A DNA stretch of 62,251 bases, the filler included. It is 9 parts of 9 records of this genome, joined end to end, with 100 filler letters (N's around TTAATTAATTAA, not from the genome) between each part and the next. Parts side by side here need not be neighbours in the genome. Positions count along the whole stretch, not along the records: positions 55,604 to 62,251 come from DRR723986_32029; 8 more parts are not named here. One strand, given 5' to 3'. The translations under genes and the position numbers were made by a program. Of the stretch, positions 59,501 to 62,251 are shown one piece after another. The first letter of the stretch is position 1; each line of letters starts with the position of its first letter. The notes below the pieces were generated by a model that was not told the origin of the DNA, made no database searches, and was given only the letters and a program-made list of their open reading frames with translations.

Positions 59501-62100
59501 TGGAGCTTTGGGTTAATGGTTCCGTGCCTCAGATTCAATCTCTTTCGTCCTCTTGTCTCTTCCCTACGTCCGGATCTATTAGTCTCGATTTGACAGGCCT
59601 CTCGCTGGATATGGTCACTGGTGCAAGCTTAACGCCGCCGCAGGGTGCCGCAATTAGCCTGACGGTCTTTTCCTCGACAGCAACAACGCTGGCCACCGAG
59701 ATTCCGGCCGGCAGTGCCACAACGTCGGGAACCTACACCCTGTCGTTGACTGATAACGACGGCACGGGTAGCACCACAGTCACAATTAATGCCCGCCCTT
59801 CGATCAGCGGTAGTTCTTGCGGTTGCCCGGCAACAGCCCTGACCTATAATGCGATCCCTGTGGCAGGAACCGGTGATACCGATACCTGGTCGATAGTTGG
59901 TGGTACGATTCTTAGCGGCCAGGGTACAAGTACCGTTGTAGTCGAATGGAACCAGGGAGCCGCCGACAGGCTGGAATTACTGCGCACCTACGCCGATGCC
60001 TGCACGAGCACAAGCATCAAAGTGATGCAGCCTAAAACCCTGATTGCGACTGTTGATGTTAAAACCGTCGAGCCCGGATCGACAACCACAATTGCAGTCT
60101 TAAACAACGACCGGGGCGCTTCACTCACTCTCGAGAGTGTTGAAGACGCTTACGATGGTGGTGCGACACAATCGGGTGACGAGGTGACTTACAGTGCCAG
60201 CGCGAATTTTAACGGCCTGGACTTTTTCGGTTATGCAGTCGAAGATTCAAACGGCTGTGCTGCCAACAGCTCGGTCGTCATGGTCGTTGGTAACACCTGT
60301 ATGCCGAGCAACCTGGAATTTGTGGAACGCGTTAAAAACAATAGCGGCAGTGTTAGAGGCCTGAAGACAGTTCAGAATACCGCAGTCAGTCCCGACGGCA
60401 AACACCTCTATGCCGCCGGGCGTAACGACCACTCAATCGCGCTGTTTAATCGCAGTAGCTCCAATGGCACGATCGACTATGTTACGCGCTATCGCAATGG
60501 CCGCAACGGCGTCACAAAAATCAAATACGTCACCGACCTGCAGCTGAGTCCCGATGGAGCGTATCTTTACGCCTCCGGCTATGGCAACAATGCACTGGTG
60601 GGTTTTACGCGTGATGACACGACCGGCTATCTGACGCAGTTTGACTGTGTTCGCGACAACAAAGATGGCGCCGACGGACTCAAAGGTGCCAGTGGACTCG
60701 CCGTCAGCCCTGACGGCAAACACATTTATGTTGCCGGACGCAATGAAAACAGTATCGCAGTAATTAGTCGCAGCGGCAGTGGTGGCACGGCCGAGTTAAC
60801 ATTTGTGCAGCGCGTCAAAGATGGTGCTGCCGGTGTTGACGGAATTCGGACGGTTACGGATGTGGCTGTTAGCCCCGACGGCAAACATGTGTATGCAGCC
60901 GGCAGCGGTGACAATGCCGTGGCGGTATTTACGCGCAATCTTGCAACGGGTAGCCTCACCTATGTTGAGCGCCTAAAAGACAAGAATGGCGGTGTTAACG
61001 GCCTCAGCAAGGCAGTCGCAGTCAAAGTCAGTCCAGACGGACGGTTCGTTCACGTGGCCGCCAATCAGGACGACGCCGTTTCAGTGTTTAAGCGCAATGC
61101 CAATTCGGGACGCTTAACATATGTGGAGGACTACAGCGACCGCGATGCGGGTGTAGCCGGGATGGATGGCGCAGCTGATGTAGCTGTTGGACCTGATGGG
61201 CTGCAGACATATGTAAGTGGTGAAAGCGACAATGCCATGGCGTATTTTTCGCGCAAACCAAGTAGCGGTGAACTCAAATTTGAAACTCGCAAAAAAGACG
61301 GTAAGGACGGCGTTGATGGTCTGCGCGGTGCCAAAGGGCTGGAAGTGAGTGGAGACAGCAAATATATCTACGTCGCCGGAGCAGGTGAACATTCAGTATC
61401 TGTGTTCTATCGCAATCTCAAGCCAATTGCCCGCGATGACTCCTACGAAGTCATGCTCCTGAACGAATCGCCCGAGGAGTTTGTAGAAGAAGAGAGCATC
61501 ACGATGCCTGTTCTCAATAACGACGTAGAAATTGACGGTGATATATTAAAAATTACGAGTTATACGACGCCGGACGAAGGTTCGCTAAGCTTAAATTCTG
61601 ACAGCACGAAGTTTGAATATACTTATTCCAACTTTGAAGAACAGCCGGCCAGACTCCGCGTCGAAATCGAAGATGAGTTCACCTATACGGTTAGTGACGG
61701 CAATGGTGGGTCTTCAACAGCTACCGTTAATGTGTCGATTGAAGACTACTTTAACTACAAAAGCAATAATCAGGAAGACAGGCCTGCGCCGAATAGCCCG
61801 CACAGTGTTGTTCTCCTCGAAAAGCTCAGCGTTATGCCTAACCCATCGCAGGGTGAGAGTCGCATTGATTTTCGACTTAACAACACAGCCATTGTTAAAG
61901 CCGAAGTCCGCGATATTACTGGACGCAGAGTCGCAACTTTGCTCAGCGAGCAGCTCAAGGCCGGTGAATATTTGGTTAACTGGAACGGCAGTAACTCCGC
62001 CGGACGGCAGTTAAACAGCGGAACATATTATATCGTTATCAGCGCCAATGCCGATGGCCAAACGGTACAGCAAACAATACCAATCATGTTGGTATTTTGA
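56551..62100 (+). CDS. 1849-aa secreted protein: two (Ig-like + FG-GAP propeller) units, Ig/PKD/cadherin-like domains, lactonase-type beta-propeller, T9SS/FlgD-type C-terminal domain
   Basis: 14 GDLDGDGDLD-type repeats; repeated VSPDGKH.Y; FTYTVSDGNGG; C-terminal PNP...DITGRRV..L...WNG...G..LNSGTYY. Confidence 0.88.
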   Translation: MYSRTTVSHAATLMQRFKKALRQMARLQKHSDCSGEGRRRMLLLNKRIEKLTRTLNPFGRTTTRARLATIAAATLSVASLSTTDAQAFSFVKIQDVRPATNATSAVRSADVEIDFSILMNAATLTSGNIRVYGSQTGLISNGGVFSGNPALTFNPTNDFQPGEIISVSVTDGVQGDGGEALDAPLVYSFTAAVDGGTAQLSDEGEISAGFWTKHLAIGDLNGDGHLDLLQACDDDGSDVALKVQLSDGNGSFTVNQSFDIRSNQPVLGDLDGDGDLDAFLPVSSLSHVPTLLLNNGDGSFTSQSFGSQASYDAAIGDLDGDGDLDIISGTSQAATTIWENNGDATFSSSTFNFGAALINTLAMGDLDGDGDLDVILPSSNLAAGSRVLLNNGNMNFSTSSFGSKFVTFMDLGDLDGDGDLDIINGHRTQLSEFWRNDGNGVFSSAYMPLNATRDIEFGDLDGDGDLDVFLAGAYEQPDRIMLNNGDGNFTTSEVGASNLDHYNAVMGDIDQDGDLDVLTAHYSPGAGIDLWLNASPGRFIPAKNSVAAACDANIEISFPQSMDTSTLTSATVLNNANLIVHGSQSGHITTQASISYHDDDTRVVIDPAAKFKPGEKISVTVTGAMPDGGTTATSAIVYSFLAQTQVGEGTLNLLNPQINRYASAIQTGDIDGDGDLDVVIVERYSSVVVLKNNGNAGLTEFFTIAMTAQGMELGDLDGDGDLDIALNSSPDSAEFLFNNGDGTFVSSSMSADSGDKGIALGDLDGDGDLDIVTVDDDSNSTSAILFNNGDGSFTVQTMGTGVSARDVAIGDLDGDCDLDIIIADRTPGNSNSVWFNNGDGTFEKTTFGHGGYWDVITGDLDNDGDLDAVLTGQYILGRVPINNAMWLNNGDGTFESTPIGRTIDQRGVELGDIEGDGDLDILITRFGRFGAQDASLQLLVNNGDATFDAQSVGSTNGDRKSIALGDLDGDGDLEVLTSSFNTKLELWVNGSVPQIQSLSSSCLFPTSGSISLDLTGLSLDMVTGASLTPPQGAAISLTVFSSTATTLATEIPAGSATTSGTYTLSLTDNDGTGSTTVTINARPSISGSSCGCPATALTYNAIPVAGTGDTDTWSIVGGTILSGQGTSTVVVEWNQGAADRLELLRTYADACTSTSIKVMQPKTLIATVDVKTVEPGSTTTIAVLNNDRGASLTLESVEDAYDGGATQSGDEVTYSASANFNGLDFFGYAVEDSNGCAANSSVVMVVGNTCMPSNLEFVERVKNNSGSVRGLKTVQNTAVSPDGKHLYAAGRNDHSIALFNRSSSNGTIDYVTRYRNGRNGVTKIKYVTDLQLSPDGAYLYASGYGNNALVGFTRDDTTGYLTQFDCVRDNKDGADGLKGASGLAVSPDGKHIYVAGRNENSIAVISRSGSGGTAELTFVQRVKDGAAGVDGIRTVTDVAVSPDGKHVYAAGSGDNAVAVFTRNLATGSLTYVERLKDKNGGVNGLSKAVAVKVSPDGRFVHVAANQDDAVSVFKRNANSGRLTYVEDYSDRDAGVAGMDGAADVAVGPDGLQTYVSGESDNAMAYFSRKPSSGELKFETRKKDGKDGVDGLRGAKGLEVSGDSKYIYVAGAGEHSVSVFYRNLKPIARDDSYEVMLLNESPEEFVEEESITMPVLNNDVEIDGDILKITSYTTPDEGSLSLNSDSTKFEYTYSNFEEQPARLRVEIEDEFTYTVSDGNGGSSTATVNVSIEDYFNYKSNNQEDRPAPNSPHSVVLLEKLSVMPNPSQGESRIDFRLNNTAIVKAEVRDITGRRVATLLSEQLKAGEYLVNWNGSNSAGRQLNSGTYYIVISANADGQTVQQTIPIMLVF

Positions 62101-62106
62101 TCGAAG

Positions 62107-62156
62107 GAATGCGGGCGTGGGGCTGAACACCAGCTCCACGTTCTGCATTCTTTTTT
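62107..62156 (+). terminator. Rho-independent terminator
   Basis: GAATGCGGGCGTGGGGCTG-AACAC-CAGCTCCACGTTCTGCATTC followed by T6. Confidence 0.85.
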
Positions 62157-62251
62157 AGGATTCAACCGTCCCCTGATACAAACGCTGGTTCGATGGAGTG
62201 CGACGGCAGATCGTGTACCATCGACGGCTCATCCGCAACATGCTCAAGAAT

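Noticed and set aside
57190-59520. Regularly spaced GGCGAYCTGGACGGYGAYGGCGAYCTGGA repeats as a CRISPR array or DGR
   Set aside because: Degenerate at third codon positions and in frame; they encode FG-GAP repeats, and no cas or reverse transcriptase gene is present

Overview
This is not one locus. It is nine unrelated contig fragments joined by artificial 100-nt spacers (N-run + TTAATTAATTAA + N-run), probably from a marine or algal-associated metagenome. Taxonomic labels are my impressions from sequence style, not database results. (1) 1-5959, Hyphomonas-like alphaproteobacterium: tRNA-Gly 3' end, IS3 remnant, bamE, cbp3-like, plsX-fabH-ihfA-merR, tRNA-Pro, ptrB. (2) 6060-11157, very GC-rich, probably eukaryotic exon of a giant Ig/FN3 repeat protein, ending at a GT splice donor. 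(3) 11258-17905, Roseobacter-like: rplQ, degP-like, a divergent rarA, crcB, rluC, HAD, ATP12, aapJ. (4) 18006-30252, four-gene operon of large proteins: a DUF6603-type protein, two conserved partner proteins, and a 1071-aa protein with a His-Me-finger nuclease motif and an SV40-like KKRKV motif, with no immunity gene. This is the best candidate for an undescribed (anti-eukaryote toxin delivery?) system. (5) 30353-37372 and (7) 44302-49767, Roseibium/Labrenzia-like transport and catabolic genes. (6) 37473-44201, ECF sigma, an anti-sigma/beta-barrel fusion, a second paralogous barrel, and four paralogous lipoproteins sharing a CxSPxDVxAxR N-terminus (second candidate system). (8) 49868-55503, Algoriphagus-like LytS/LytTR, NTF2-like pair, flavodoxin, AraC, iorAB, plus an orphan iorB 3' remnant. 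(9) 55604-62251, LuxR C-terminus and an 1849-aa FG-GAP/propeller T9SS-type surface protein with an extended signal peptide. All family assignments are from motif recognition only.
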